The notes: generated from the sequence alone by a model not told the origin. A DNA stretch of 64,000 nucleotides from an uncultured Acidobacteriota bacterium (GCA_963770895.1 CAVYRF010000002.1:3456001-3520000); one strand, 5' to 3'; positions 46,484 to 56,946 are shown, counted from the stretch's first letter. Program-made: numbers and translations.

Positions 46484-48595
46484 ATGGACCTGCACTTCAC
46501 TGGCGATTCGCCTTCCGCAGAGGAGCAAGACGCCGTCGACGCCTGCCTTGCCGCGTTGACCGGCGGGGCCGTCCCCGCCGCTCCGCCGGAGGGGGCCGCG
46601 GCGATGGCATTCGTGGCCTCGCCGCAGGGGTTGCGCCAGTACCTGCTGCCGGCGCTGCATGCCCTGCAGGGCCGGATGGGATGGATCAGCCCCGGCGGCC
46701 TCAACCACGTGTGCCGGCGGCTGGGCGTGGCGCCGGCCGACGCGTTCGGCGTGGCCGGCTTCTACGCCCTGTTCCAGACCCGCCCGCAGCCCCCGGTCGC
46801 CGTCCACGTCTGCGACGACATCGGCTGCCGCTTCGCGCCGGCCGGCGGCGAGGCCCTGTGCGCCGCGCTCGCCCAGGTGCTCGGTCCCGAGGGCGGCGGC
46901 GCGCACGCCGCCCCGGCGCGCGGCCAGGCCCCCGGCGCTGCCGGCGATGTCGCCGCTGGCGGTGATGGCGGCGAGGGTAGCGCCGCCGGCGATGGTGGCG
47001 GGCCTGGGAGGCGCGCCGACGCCCGCGCCGGCGGCAACGGCCACGGCGATGGCGGCGCCGGGATGCCCGGCCTGGCCGGCGTCACCTGGCATCGCAGCCC
47101 CTGCCTGGGCCTGTGCGAGCGGGCGCCGGCGGCGCTGGTGATCGCCGCCGGCAGCTCGCCGCGCGAACGGGCGGTGGCGCCGGCCTCCGTGGCCGCGCTG
47201 GTGGACCTGGCGGCGGCATGGGCCAAGGAGGGGGAGGAGACCGGAGGCGGCGCCGCCGGCGAGCCGGCTGCGGGCCAGGCTGCGGCCCGCGAGACCGAGT
47301 CGCCGGCCCAGGCGGTGGCCGTTTCCGTGCCGCAGGTCGGCGGCAAGGAGGAGCCGGGCGGCCCGCTGCGGCTGCTGGCCCGCGTCGGCCGGATCGACCC
47401 CGGAAGCCTGGACGACTACCGCGCCGCGGACGGCATGCTGGCGCTGCGCCGCGCCCTGGAGATGGGGCCGGAGCGGGTGGTGCGCGAAGTGCTCGATGCC
47501 AAGCTGGTGGGGCGCGGCGGCGCCGCCTTCCCCACCGGCCAGAAGTGGCAGGGCGTGCGCTCGGCGGTGCTGCCGCGCTTCCTGGTCTGCAACGCCGACG
47601 AATCCGAGCCGGGGACGTTCAAGGACCGGGTGCTGATGGAGGGCGACCCCTACACCCTGATCGAGGCGATGGCGATCGCCGGCTTCGCCACCGGCTGCGA
47701 GCAGGGGTACCTCTACATCCGCGGCGAATACCCGCTGGCGACCGAGCGGCTGGCGCACGCCATCCGGCGCTGCCGCGACCACGGTTTCCTGGGCCCCGAC
47801 CTGCTGGGCCACGGCGTGCGCTTCGACATCGAGCTGCGGCGCGGCGCCGGCGCCTACATCTGCGGCGAGGAGATGGCGCTGCTCAACTCGCTGGAAGGCC
47901 GCCGCGGCGAGCCGCGCAACAAGCCGCCCTTTCCCACCCAGGTGGGCCTGTTCGGCAAACCCACGGTGATCAACAACGTCGAAACGCTCTACAACATCCC
48001 GGCGATCGTGATCGGCGGCGGCAAGGCCTTTGCCGCCCTGGGCACCGAGCGCTCGACCGGTCCCAAGCTGTTTTGCGTCTCCGGCCACGCGCGGCGCCCG
48101 GGCGTCTACGAAGTGACGTTCGGTGTGACGCTGCGCCAGCTGCTCGACCTGGCCGGCGGCATCGGCGGCAGCGGCCGGCTCCAGGCCGTGCTGCTGGGCG
48201 GCGCGGCGGGCGGCTTCGTCACCCCCGAGGAGCTGGACGTGCCGCTGACCTTCGAAGGCACCCGCGCCGCCGGCGCCAGCCTGGGCTCCGGCGTGATCAT
48301 GCCGTTCGACGACACCGTCGACCTGCGCCAGGTGCTGCGGCGCATCGCGCAGTTTTTCCGCGACGAGTCGTGCGGTCAGTGCGTGCCCTGCCGCGTCGGC
48401 GTGGTGCGCCAGGAGGAGGTTCTGCACCGCCTCGCGGTCGACCGCCCGCTGGGATCGATCCGCCAGGAGGTGGGTCTGCTCAAGGAGCTGGGCCAGGTGA
48501 TGCGCGACGCGTCGATCTGCGGCCTGGGCCAGACGGCGTCGTCCGCGGTGGAGTCGGCGCTGGCCAAGTTCCCCATCTTCCAGGAGGCGCAATGA
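46484..48595 (+). CDS. NuoE-NuoF fusion (NAD/FMN-binding subunit)
   Basis: VCDDIGC and CLGLCERAP (2Fe-2S), then GRGGAAFP, NADESEPGTFKDR, GAYICGEE and ESCGQCVPCR. Confidence 0.9.
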   Translation: MDLHFTGDSPSAEEQDAVDACLAALTGGAVPAAPPEGAAAMAFVASPQGLRQYLLPALHALQGRMGWISPGGLNHVCRRLGVAPADAFGVAGFYALFQTRPQPPVAVHVCDDIGCRFAPAGGEALCAALAQVLGPEGGGAHAAPARGQAPGAAGDVAAGGDGGEGSAAGDGGGPGRRADARAGGNGHGDGGAGMPGLAGVTWHRSPCLGLCERAPAALVIAAGSSPRERAVAPASVAALVDLAAAWAKEGEETGGGAAGEPAAGQAAARETESPAQAVAVSVPQVGGKEEPGGPLRLLARVGRIDPGSLDDYRAADGMLALRRALEMGPERVVREVLDAKLVGRGGAAFPTGQKWQGVRSAVLPRFLVCNADESEPGTFKDRVLMEGDPYTLIEAMAIAGFATGCEQGYLYIRGEYPLATERLAHAIRRCRDHGFLGPDLLGHGVRFDIELRRGAGAYICGEEMALLNSLEGRRGEPRNKPPFPTQVGLFGKPTVINNVETLYNIPAIVIGGGKAFAALGTERSTGPKLFCVSGHARRPGVYEVTFGVTLRQLLDLAGGIGGSGRLQAVLLGGAAGGFVTPEELDVPLTFEGTRAAGASLGSGVIMPFDDTVDLRQVLRRIAQFFRDESCGQCVPCRVGVVRQEEVLHRLAVDRPLGSIRQEVGLLKELGQVMRDASICGLGQTASSAVESALAKFPIFQEAQ

Positions 48596-49665
48596 GCGGC
48601 AGCGGCGGCGACACCTCGGCAACTCCGGTCACCTCGGCGAACCCCGACGACACCGGCCCCCGGGCGCTCATCCCGGTGCCGCGCGGCCCGGTGCCGGTGG
48701 CGCCGCCGCCGCGCCCGCGCGCCCAGGTCGAGCTGACCATCGACGGCCGCCCGGTCACGGTGCCGGAAGGGTCCACCCTGCTCGACGCGGCGCGCCGCCT
48801 GGCGATCGACACGCCCACCCTCTGCTTCCTGGAGAACCTGACCCCGGTCAACGTCTGCCGCGTCTGCGTCGTCGAGGTCGAGGGCGCCCGCACCCTGGTG
48901 CCCGCCTGCTCGCGCAAGGCCGAAGCCGGCATGGTCGTGCACACCGATTCGCCGCGCGTGCGGCTCAGCCGGCGCCTGGTCCTGGAGCTGCTCTCTTCGT
49001 CGGTGGACGTATCGACCGCGCCGCAGCTCCAGCGCTACATGCGCGACTACGACGCCGCGCCCGAGCGCTTCGGCCCCGCGGCGCCGCCCGCCGCGGCCGG
49101 CGAGCGCGACGCCGCCCGCCCGGGCCACCACCACGCGCCGCCCGTCGAAGACGGTGCCGGCGCGCCGGAAGGGGCGGCCGTGGCGGCGCCGGCCGCGGCG
49201 ACCGTCGGCCAGCCGGTCAAGGTGGACAACGACCTCTACGTGCGCGACTACTCGAAATGCATCCTCTGCTACAAGTGCGTCGAGGCGTGCGGCACGGATG
49301 CCCAGAACACCTTCGCCATCGCCCTGGCCGGCCGCGGCTTCGACGCCCGCATCTCGACCGAGTACGACGTGCCGTTGACCGATTCGGCCTGCGTCTACTG
49401 CGGCAACTGCATCGGCGTCTGCCCGACCGGCGCCCTGATGTTCAAGAGCGAGCACGACCTGCGCCAGGCCGGCGCCTGGGACGAGCCCGCCCAGACCCAG
49501 GCCGACACCATCTGCCCCTACTGCGGCGTCGGCTGCACTCTCACCGTGCACGTCCAGGAAGAGCGTATCGTCAAGGTGACTTCGCCGATCGAGAGCAGCG
49601 TTACCAACGGCCACCTCTGTATCAAAGGGCGTTTCGGCTGGGAGTGGGTGAACCTGCGCAAATAG
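48592..49665 (+). CDS. Fe-S subunit (NuoG N-terminal-like 2Fe-2S + 2x4Fe-4S + Mo-Fe4S4 domain)
   Basis: IDTPTLC...CRVCVVE, CILCYKCVEAC, CVYCGNCIGVCP and terminal CPYCGVGC...HLCIKGRFG. Confidence 0.9.
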   Translation: MSGSGGDTSATPVTSANPDDTGPRALIPVPRGPVPVAPPPRPRAQVELTIDGRPVTVPEGSTLLDAARRLAIDTPTLCFLENLTPVNVCRVCVVEVEGARTLVPACSRKAEAGMVVHTDSPRVRLSRRLVLELLSSSVDVSTAPQLQRYMRDYDAAPERFGPAAPPAAAGERDAARPGHHHAPPVEDGAGAPEGAAVAAPAAATVGQPVKVDNDLYVRDYSKCILCYKCVEACGTDAQNTFAIALAGRGFDARISTEYDVPLTDSACVYCGNCIGVCPTGALMFKSEHDLRQAGAWDEPAQTQADTICPYCGVGCTLTVHVQEERIVKVTSPIESSVTNGHLCIKGRFGWEWVNLRK

Positions 49666-49677
49666 CGCGCCGCGGCG

Positions 49678-50469
49678 TCAGCGCCGGCCGAGCTGCGGCA
49701 GGGTCACGTCACCCGCGGGGCAGTGGAGGCTGAGACGCAGCGAGGCGTTTTCGGCGGCCAGCACCTTGACCGGCTCTCCCAGGTCCGCCGCCAGGCGGTC
49801 CAGCCCGGCGGTTTCGGCCGCGGGGCCCAGAACGGTCAGAGATACCAGGGTGCAGCCGGCAGGCGAGTCGACGGCGGGGTGGGTGGTGGTGGGGCTCCAT
49901 TCGATCAGGAAGGGTTTGAGCCTGCCGTCGGGGAGGATCTCCGCGGTGCGCCACGCGAGCAGCTTGCCATCGGGCCGCAGGCGCGAGCCCGGCTGCAGCG
50001 GGCCGGTCTGGATGCCGTCCGCCTGGAGGCGGGCGATCGCCGCGTCGGCGTGACGGGCGCCGACGGCCCAGCCGACAGGCGTCAGCTCATGCAGCTGCGA
50101 TAGCGCCTGCGCCAGGCCATCCGCGCCCGCGCCAGGCTGGGGCGCGATGAGCTCCAGGTAGGTGTGCGGCCCCAGGCTGAGCAGCGCATTGCGGGTGCCG
50201 CGGCCGGGGTGCTGGCCGCCGCGTGCCGGAGCCACGCCGGTGAGCGCGGTCAGCTGGCGGATGCCGGCATCCAGGTCGGCAATCCCAACAAGGACGTGGT
50301 CGAGGGTCAGTTTGGACATGGTGGTGTCAGCGGACATGACCGGCGCGGCCGCGACGGGGCTCAATCCCAGAACTGGCGCGAACCCCACGGCGCCGCAGAC
50401 CAGCAGGACGCCGAACGGAACCGCCACGGCGGTCGTCCGGCGCTGGTGCTTTCGGCGGCGCCCCGGCAT
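49678..50469 (-). CDS. VOC / glyoxalase-like protein
   Basis: LDHVLVG...GGQHPGRGTRNALLSLG...YLELIA...PFLIEW. Start uncertain. Confidence 0.85.
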   Translation of the reverse strand: MPGRRRKHQRRTTAVAVPFGVLLVCGAVGFAPVLGLSPVAAAPVMSADTTMSKLTLDHVLVGIADLDAGIRQLTALTGVAPARGGQHPGRGTRNALLSLGPHTYLELIAPQPGAGADGLAQALSQLHELTPVGWAVGARHADAAIARLQADGIQTGPLQPGSRLRPDGKLLAWRTAEILPDGRLKPFLIEWSPTTTHPAVDSPAGCTLVSLTVLGPAAETAGLDRLAADLGEPVKVLAAENASLRLSLHCPAGDVTLPQLGRR

Positions 50470-50689
50470 CGATTGATACTAGCGGAAAAAGGCGGCGCTT
50501 GCCGCGCCGACGTCCAACGGTGGCGAAGCGAAGCGTCTCTCCCATGGCAACTCCGCGCCCCAGGCGCTGGCAGCCATGGCCGCGAGGAACGCCCGTAGCC
50601 ATCTATCTATAGGCTTGTGTCCAAACAGGGCTCTCAATAGAATTTTTGCGGTACCTTCATCGTATAGCCATGGCTGGAAGGGCTTCGGA

Positions 50690-53600
50690 ATGCGACTTTG
50701 CATGTGTCCTTGGACACGAAAGGCGCGATCGCTCACCACGCTCGTCTTGCTCTGGACGGCGCTCACGACCGGTGGAGCCGAAGCCTCTGGTCCGGCCGTG
50801 GTATCCAGCTTGTTGCTGACGCCGGTATCGGAGGACTTCGAAATCTGCGAAGGGGGCGCCGCTGCCTGGGGATGGACATCCGACACAGCGCACCGCAACG
50901 ATCTCTATTTCGTAAGCTCCGCCGGTAAGGTGAAGTCTTCGTGGACGTTGGGTGATCCTATTCAGCGGGTTTTCACGATCTCGAACTGCAAGACCATTTG
51001 GGTTCTCTCTTCCAACTTGAAGCATCTCTCAACGATCAACAGAGAGACCGACGACCCCCACTCGACGCCACCGTCGGTGACCACGGACGATGAGATCAAA
51101 CTGGTGATCCCATCTGAAACCGGCGACAAAGCTTGGGTGATTTACCAATCCAGGCGTCCCGATGTTGCGTTAGCCATGCGAGAGGGGAACCGGGTCATCG
51201 TCAAAGCGCTATCAGGCCTGGCGAAGGACCTGCAAACCTCGTACTCCGCAAGCGCGGAACACGGCAACAAGCTATGGGTGGTGCCGTTCAACGGCAACGG
51301 CGTCTTGCTCCTCGATGGCCGCAACGTGCGCAGGTACTTTAATGTTGAGATGGCGGCAATCAATGCAAGTAATGACCAGGCGCTCGCTTGGGCATTGCCG
51401 AGGCCGCCACGGAAAGGAGTCTACGCACTTACCGCGCGCGGTGAGATCCTCAACCAGGGCAGGCCGTTTCTCGACGACGTGGAATTTCACAGTCTCGAGA
51501 TCAGGAAAGGAGAAGGTGCGTATATCTGGGCGATCAGCCACGACGACCAACTTTACGTGCTGGAATCGAGGCCGTCCGGTGGTTCTTGGCAAGTGAAGGT
51601 CGTCAGCCGCCCCAGGCTGGGTGGCCAGGTGCGCGCTGGAACGATCGTATCCGTAGGCGACGGCGCCGCTGCATGGCTGGTTCCTCCCGCTAGAAGCGGA
51701 ACCCGCCAGAGGTGGAACCAGCTCTGGCGCTTGGAGGTTCGCGACGAGAACGTCGAGATCGAACTTGTGCCGCCCGACCTGTACGATGGCAAGCCAATCC
51801 GGCAGCTCTATTGGAGCGCTGAGGATCGCGGCCACTTCTGGATCATGAACTCTGATCTGTCGATTTACGAGATTGCTGTGTCGGCCGGGATCGCACCGTC
51901 CACAGCCAAGAAAGTGGTCGACTTCCCCTTGTCGAGCCTGAGCCTGGAAGGCATTTACCCCACGAATCTTGTCAACCATTACTGGGTCAAGACAGCGTCC
52001 TTTTGCTCGCTCATGAATACGGCGCCCGACATCGGGGTCGCCCAGGTCGTCTTGGGCGACACGACCTTCGATCTCGAGACGCATCCGTTGCCCATTATCC
52101 GGCATCAGATCGCCGCCGGCCGGACGGTTGACGCAAGCATCCGGCTGCCGGGTGTGCTTGCGGTGACTCGCGCGGCCAGCCCTGCGGGGCTGCAAGGGAC
52201 CGCTGGCATGCACTTGGAGCTGACCCTACTGAAGCAAGGCGGGCAAAACGCCTCCGCCTTCGCCGGCGGTGAGGGCGGGCTGGGGGACGGCGTTGCGTTC
52301 CTGCCGTTGTGGGTCAACGGCAAGCGCGCCTGGGGCGACGTCTTTGACATGGAGCTGCACGGTCACGACGCCGAGGGAGGCTCTGATGTTCGCATCCGGT
52401 GGAGAGGCATCAAGTTCTCGCCTACTTTGGCTGAAGCGATACTCGCGAGCCCTTACCTCAAGGGCCTGGTGATCTTCCTCCTGCCCACGCTGCTGCTCTT
52501 GGTGGTGCTGAAGAAAGAGATCGCGGGCCGGCGCTGGATTCCGATCGCGATCCCGTTGCTCGAAATGCTGTTCCTCAAGTGGCTTCCGGACAGCGCCGTG
52601 GTTTCGCCTGCCGAGCTGGCGACCGTGGCCTGCGCTTCGCTGGCTGCGCTGCTGCCGGTGGGCGCCTTCTCACCCCGGCTGTTCCGCGAGTTGGCATCAC
52701 TGCTGCCCTATCGGCTGGCGGCGCCCTTTGCCATGCAGGTGCGGGCTATCCGCGGCCGGGTCTTCGCCGACTACTGCACAGAGCTGGAGGACCGGCTGGA
52801 GATCCTGCGTCGGGATGCCAATGACGAAAGCTATATCGCAGCCCCAGTGAAGATCGTCGAAGGCTCGCCAAGGACCTCGCCGCCCGTTGGTGCGACGCTG
52901 CGGGTGGGTGACGTGCACAGCCTGCAGCAAGACGCCAGTGAACGCAGCAGCGTCTTGATTGTCGCCCCTGGGGGACGTGGCAAGAGCGCGCTCTGGAACG
53001 AGCTTCTATGGCGAAGCCTGAAGGCCTTTAAGGCCGACCCTTTCTGCCCGTTGCCGGTGATTGGTGATGCCGGCGGTACCACGGTCGAGAAGATGATCGA
53101 GGCGGGGCTGGGGCGATACGCGATTTCCGCGGAGCATACCGCTACCCAGTTGGCCGCCGGCGAGCTCATGGTGTGGGTTGACAATGCCAGCACCACCAAC
53201 TTGGCGGTGTCCGTGCTGGAGGCGTTCTTGCGTTCAAAGAACGGTGAGTGGACCCGATTGTGCTTGGCGACACGGCCGAACAGAGATTTTCGAGCCGCGT
53301 TGCAACAAGGTGCATCCAAGTGGGTGGCGATAGAGCCGTGCGGCCTCGACGAGGAATCAGCAAAGGCTTTTTATTGGGAGTATGCAAAGCAGGACGCTGC
53401 GCATCTCAAGAAAGAGTTCAATGCTGACGCGGTACGTCGCCGGCGAGACCGGCTCCTGCCCGCCTGCCGCGGCAAGGACGGTAGCTATTTACCACTGCTC
53501 GTCAGGCTCTGCAGCCGTGCCGACACCGACGAAGCGAGCTCCATCAACGAGATCTATCGGATCACGCTTGAAAAACTGATTGAGAGAGTTACCGGCGGCG

Positions 53601-54283
53601 CCACCGAGGCGACCGCAAAGATGGTGCGAGGCGCGGAACAGCTGGCGCTGGATAGCTATTGGGAGGATCAATCCCGCAGCTTCTCGCGGGAGCGCCCCGC
53701 TCCTGAACAGACGCAGCTGGTCGACGATCTCTTGCGCGCGGGTGTCCTGGCGGTTGCCGATAGCCAGGATTGGCGGCAGCACGTATCGTCAAATCCTCAG
53801 TATGTTCGCTTCTTTCACGAATCAGTACAGTCGTACCTGACGGCGAAGGGGCTCGCGAATGCGAAGAGCTGGAAATGTTTTGGCAGAGCTGCGGGCGATC
53901 GGGATTTCTTGAAGGCAGAAATCGATCTGGGCGACGGAGTCGGACCAGAATTGTTTCAGATGTGTCTCCACGTGTTTGAACCGAAATGGAAGCTCAGGCA
54001 GACACTGGAGGCAGAGCTGATGCAATGGACCGAGATCTATCGCGAAGTACTGAGGATAGTGGACGTGAAAAAGGGGTTGACCCCTGCCGACCAGCTGGCG
54101 CTCGAGGCAAAGCTGACAGGGCCACCGAGCGATGCCTCCGGGTACCTCCGTCTGGCCGTCAAGCTGGCGCTGGAAGAGGATGCGAAGAACGATAGTGCGG
54201 AGCACCTGGGCCGTCTATTTGCCCAGGTCGCGCCAATTGCGTGGGAGCAAGCGGTGGCGAACAACCTGGTGAGAGTCGCATGA
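50690..54283 (+). CDS. Large low-GC protein: beta-rich N-terminus, TM helices and a NACHT/STAND-like P-loop domain
   Basis: Signal-like N-terminus, repeated W-V/W-A strands, 2-3 TM segments, Walker A APGGRGKS, Walker B-like LMVWVDN, and YLPLL and RFFHESVQSYL. Confidence 0.7.
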   Translation: MRLCMCPWTRKARSLTTLVLLWTALTTGGAEASGPAVVSSLLLTPVSEDFEICEGGAAAWGWTSDTAHRNDLYFVSSAGKVKSSWTLGDPIQRVFTISNCKTIWVLSSNLKHLSTINRETDDPHSTPPSVTTDDEIKLVIPSETGDKAWVIYQSRRPDVALAMREGNRVIVKALSGLAKDLQTSYSASAEHGNKLWVVPFNGNGVLLLDGRNVRRYFNVEMAAINASNDQALAWALPRPPRKGVYALTARGEILNQGRPFLDDVEFHSLEIRKGEGAYIWAISHDDQLYVLESRPSGGSWQVKVVSRPRLGGQVRAGTIVSVGDGAAAWLVPPARSGTRQRWNQLWRLEVRDENVEIELVPPDLYDGKPIRQLYWSAEDRGHFWIMNSDLSIYEIAVSAGIAPSTAKKVVDFPLSSLSLEGIYPTNLVNHYWVKTASFCSLMNTAPDIGVAQVVLGDTTFDLETHPLPIIRHQIAAGRTVDASIRLPGVLAVTRAASPAGLQGTAGMHLELTLLKQGGQNASAFAGGEGGLGDGVAFLPLWVNGKRAWGDVFDMELHGHDAEGGSDVRIRWRGIKFSPTLAEAILASPYLKGLVIFLLPTLLLLVVLKKEIAGRRWIPIAIPLLEMLFLKWLPDSAVVSPAELATVACASLAALLPVGAFSPRLFRELASLLPYRLAAPFAMQVRAIRGRVFADYCTELEDRLEILRRDANDESYIAAPVKIVEGSPRTSPPVGATLRVGDVHSLQQDASERSSVLIVAPGGRGKSALWNELLWRSLKAFKADPFCPLPVIGDAGGTTVEKMIEAGLGRYAISAEHTATQLAAGELMVWVDNASTTNLAVSVLEAFLRSKNGEWTRLCLATRPNRDFRAALQQGASKWVAIEPCGLDEESAKAFYWEYAKQDAAHLKKEFNADAVRRRRDRLLPACRGKDGSYLPLLVRLCSRADTDEASSINEIYRITLEKLIERVTGGATEATAKMVRGAEQLALDSYWEDQSRSFSRERPAPEQTQLVDDLLRAGVLAVADSQDWRQHVSSNPQYVRFFHESVQSYLTAKGLANAKSWKCFGRAAGDRDFLKAEIDLGDGVGPELFQMCLHVFEPKWKLRQTLEAELMQWTEIYREVLRIVDVKKGLTPADQLALEAKLTGPPSDASGYLRLAVKLALEEDAKNDSAEHLGRLFAQVAPIAWEQAVANNLVRVA

Positions 54284-54287
54284 GGTC

Positions 54288-56012
54288 GTGACCGAGCATG
54301 GCGCGGCGGAGCGGCCGACGATCGCTGCGCGGTTGGCGGCGGGGCTGAGCGGCGACGGCGCCTTCTATGCGCTGTTGACGCTGCTGGTCTGGGGGGCGAC
54401 GGCGCCGCTGGCCGGGTTGTGGCAGGACGACACGTCGCTGCTGTTTATCGCCTTGCAGCGGCATGGGCGGGGGCTGGCGACGCTGCTGGCGCCGGCCGTC
54501 GGCCCGCTGCGGCGGCTGAACGATCTGCCGTACGCCCTGGCGCTGGACACGCCGCACCCGGTGCGGGCGCTGCAGGGGATGTGCGGGGCGCTGTGGGTGG
54601 GGCAGGCGCTGGTCGCGGGCTGGATCGCGGGGCTGCTGCTGCCACGGCGGCCGCTGGCGCGGCTGCTGGTGGTGGCGTTGACGCTGACGGCGACCAGCGA
54701 CTACCTGACCGACAACCTGACGGCGGTGGGCTACAACTTCGGGGTGCTCACCTTCCTGGTCTCCCTGGGCAGCGGGCTGCGCTTCCTGCGCTGCGGCGGC
54801 GCGGCCTGGCTGGCGGCCGCCGTGACGGCGCTGGCGGTGAGCCTGCTGACCCTGGAGGTGTGCATGCCCGCGCTGCCGTTCCTGCCCCTTCTGGTTGCCT
54901 GGCTGGCGGGGCCGCGGCCGCGGCGACGGTCGGTGGCGCTGCTGGTGGCCTGGGGGGCGGTGGCGGCGCCGCTGGTGCTGATCGAATGGCGTTACCTGCA
55001 CGATGCCACGGGCTACGCCGCGGTGGCGATGCTGCCGATGAGCCGCGCCCAGTTTGTCGGCCGCGCGCTGGACCTGTGGACCGCCAACTTCCTGCCGTGG
55101 CGGTGGGCTTTTCGCCCCGAGGTTTGGTTTCCCAGGCCGCCCGCCGTCATCCCCGGCGCGCTGATGGCGGCCGCGGCGGTCGTCGCCGTCGCCGCTCTGG
55201 CGGTGCGCGTGCGGCGCACGCTGGGCGCGGCGCCGCAGGCGGAGCCGCCGCCGGCCAGCGCGCTGCGGGTGCTGGGGCTCGCGGCGCTGCTGGCGCTCAT
55301 GGCGCTGGCCGCCAACGCCGCGTTCGCCCAGGTGCAGATGGCCGAGATCCACTACCGCACCCACGTGCTGTCGCGGATCTGGGTGTCGCTCGCGCTCGGC
55401 ATCGTGGCGGCCTGGGGCGCGGCGCGCTGGCCGCGCCGGCGGCTGGCGTGGCTGGTGGTGCCGGCGCTGTTCGTCGGGTTTGGCACCTGGGGCGGCCTGG
55501 ACCGCCAGGACCAGTGGCTTGCGACCTGGCGCCAGCACCGGCGCGAGCTGCTGTCCATCGTCAGCGCCGCGCCGGCGGTGCGCCAGGGCACCGCGGTGAT
55601 CCTGCGCAGCGATCCGCTGCCGCCGCGGTACCTGGCGACCCAGGTCGACTACTTGGCGCACGACTGGATGGCGCTGCTGTACGACCAGCCGGACATCGAC
55701 AGCCTGCGGCTCGATGCGCGCCTGGGCAGCGGCTGCCGGCCGCTGGCGAACGGGCTGGACTGCTGGCACATGGGCAAGGCCGCATGTTTTGCCGCGCAGA
55801 CCTGCCCGCCCGACCACATCGCCTTCGACCGCCTGCTGGTGTTCGATTTTGACGCGGCGGCCGGGGTCTACCGGCTGCGGCAGTCGCTGACCGGCGACCC
55901 GCTGGCGGCCGGAGTCGCGGCGCCGGCCGCGGCGGCGTCCTACCGGCCCGCCGCGCGCATCGTGGAGCGGCCGCTGACCACGGCGCAGCGCCGCCTGCTG
56001 CTGCTGCCTTGA
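54288..56012 (+). CDS. Multi-pass membrane protein (GT-C/GtrII-like)
   Basis: About 12 TM segments, WQDD after the first TM, and a soluble C-terminus. Confidence 0.6.
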   Translation: MTEHGAAERPTIAARLAAGLSGDGAFYALLTLLVWGATAPLAGLWQDDTSLLFIALQRHGRGLATLLAPAVGPLRRLNDLPYALALDTPHPVRALQGMCGALWVGQALVAGWIAGLLLPRRPLARLLVVALTLTATSDYLTDNLTAVGYNFGVLTFLVSLGSGLRFLRCGGAAWLAAAVTALAVSLLTLEVCMPALPFLPLLVAWLAGPRPRRRSVALLVAWGAVAAPLVLIEWRYLHDATGYAAVAMLPMSRAQFVGRALDLWTANFLPWRWAFRPEVWFPRPPAVIPGALMAAAAVVAVAALAVRVRRTLGAAPQAEPPPASALRVLGLAALLALMALAANAAFAQVQMAEIHYRTHVLSRIWVSLALGIVAAWGAARWPRRRLAWLVVPALFVGFGTWGGLDRQDQWLATWRQHRRELLSIVSAAPAVRQGTAVILRSDPLPPRYLATQVDYLAHDWMALLYDQPDIDSLRLDARLGSGCRPLANGLDCWHMGKAACFAAQTCPPDHIAFDRLLVFDFDAAAGVYRLRQSLTGDPLAAGVAAPAAAASYRPAARIVERPLTTAQRRLLLLP

Positions 56013-56028
56013 CCTTGGACCTGGGGGC

Positions 56029-56784
56029 TCAGCGGTGGGCGGCGAGCCAGGTGGTGAGGGGGTCGATCCAGGCGGGATTGGGGCGATAGAAGGTGCCGTG
56101 ACCCTGGCCGACGTGCAGGACGGTTTCGCTGTGCTCGAAGGGGGTCCTGGAGGCGGCGAAGAACTTGGCGCAGCTGGTCGAGAGATCGTCGGCGGCGTCG
56201 TAGAGCGACAGGACGGGGCTGGCGAAGCTGAGGTGATAGGGATTGAGCCAGTCGCCGCAGCCGGCCAGGCTGACGGTGCGGACGCCGGCATGGTGGAGCC
56301 TGGCGGCGGCGAGGAGCGCGATCGCGCCGCCTTTGGAGAAGCCGACGACGGCAACGTGATGCGGCGGAACGCCGGCGGCGAGCAGGGCGGCGACCTGGGC
56401 CGCGACCTTGGCGGCGTAGGCCGTGGAGTCGGTGTCCTTGGGGCGCACCTGGCTGACGACGGTGAAGCCGCGGGCGGCCAGGGCGTCCAGGATCTGGCGG
56501 TATTCGTAGACCCCGAAGCGCGGGCTGGTAGGTCGCGGGCCCTGGTCTTCGATGATTCTGCCGTGCAGATAGATCAGGTAGTCGGCGCGCGGATCGACGT
56601 GCGCCGGCAGCTCGGGCAGGACGCTGCCGCCCGGCGCCGCCGCGGCCGCGTGCCGGACCGGCAACAGGCACAGTGCGCCCGCCGCCGCCAGGCAGAGACC
56701 CAGGCGCCGCAGCCGACCGAGGACGCGGGAGCGCCGGCGGCGCGGCCGCGGCGTCGGGGAGTTGTCGGCGGTTGGATGTGCCAT
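56029..56784 (-). CDS. Secreted alpha/beta hydrolase
   Basis: IYLHGRI, nucleophile elbow VGFSKGG, and terminal GHG. Confidence 0.82.
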   Translation of the reverse strand: MAHPTADNSPTPRPRRRRSRVLGRLRRLGLCLAAAGALCLLPVRHAAAAAPGGSVLPELPAHVDPRADYLIYLHGRIIEDQGPRPTSPRFGVYEYRQILDALAARGFTVVSQVRPKDTDSTAYAAKVAAQVAALLAAGVPPHHVAVVGFSKGGAIALLAAARLHHAGVRTVSLAGCGDWLNPYHLSFASPVLSLYDAADDLSTSCAKFFAASRTPFEHSETVLHVGQGHGTFYRPNPAWIDPLTTWLAAHR

Positions 56785-56819
56785 GGCTTTGGCGATCGTA
56801 TCAAGGGTGCGATGCGTCC

Positions 56820-56860
56820 GCCGCGACTGCCGCGACTGCCGCGACTGCCGCGACCGCCGC
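56820..56860. repeat. 9-bp tandem repeat (GCCGCGACT), about 4 copies
   Basis: Read directly in the divergent intergenic region. Confidence 0.7.
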
Positions 56861-56946
56861 GTCCGCCGCGGTGTCGCAGGCGCGAAGGGTTCATGCATGG
56901 GCTGTACAATACCCCTTGGGATCATCCGGGCACTTGGAGGAGCGTG

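Noticed and set aside
50543-50578. Palindrome CATGGCAAC..CCC-CA-GGC..GCCATG upstream of the NTPase gene
   Set aside because: It needs gaps to align with S1-S4, and the right arm is unrelated. Probably chance.
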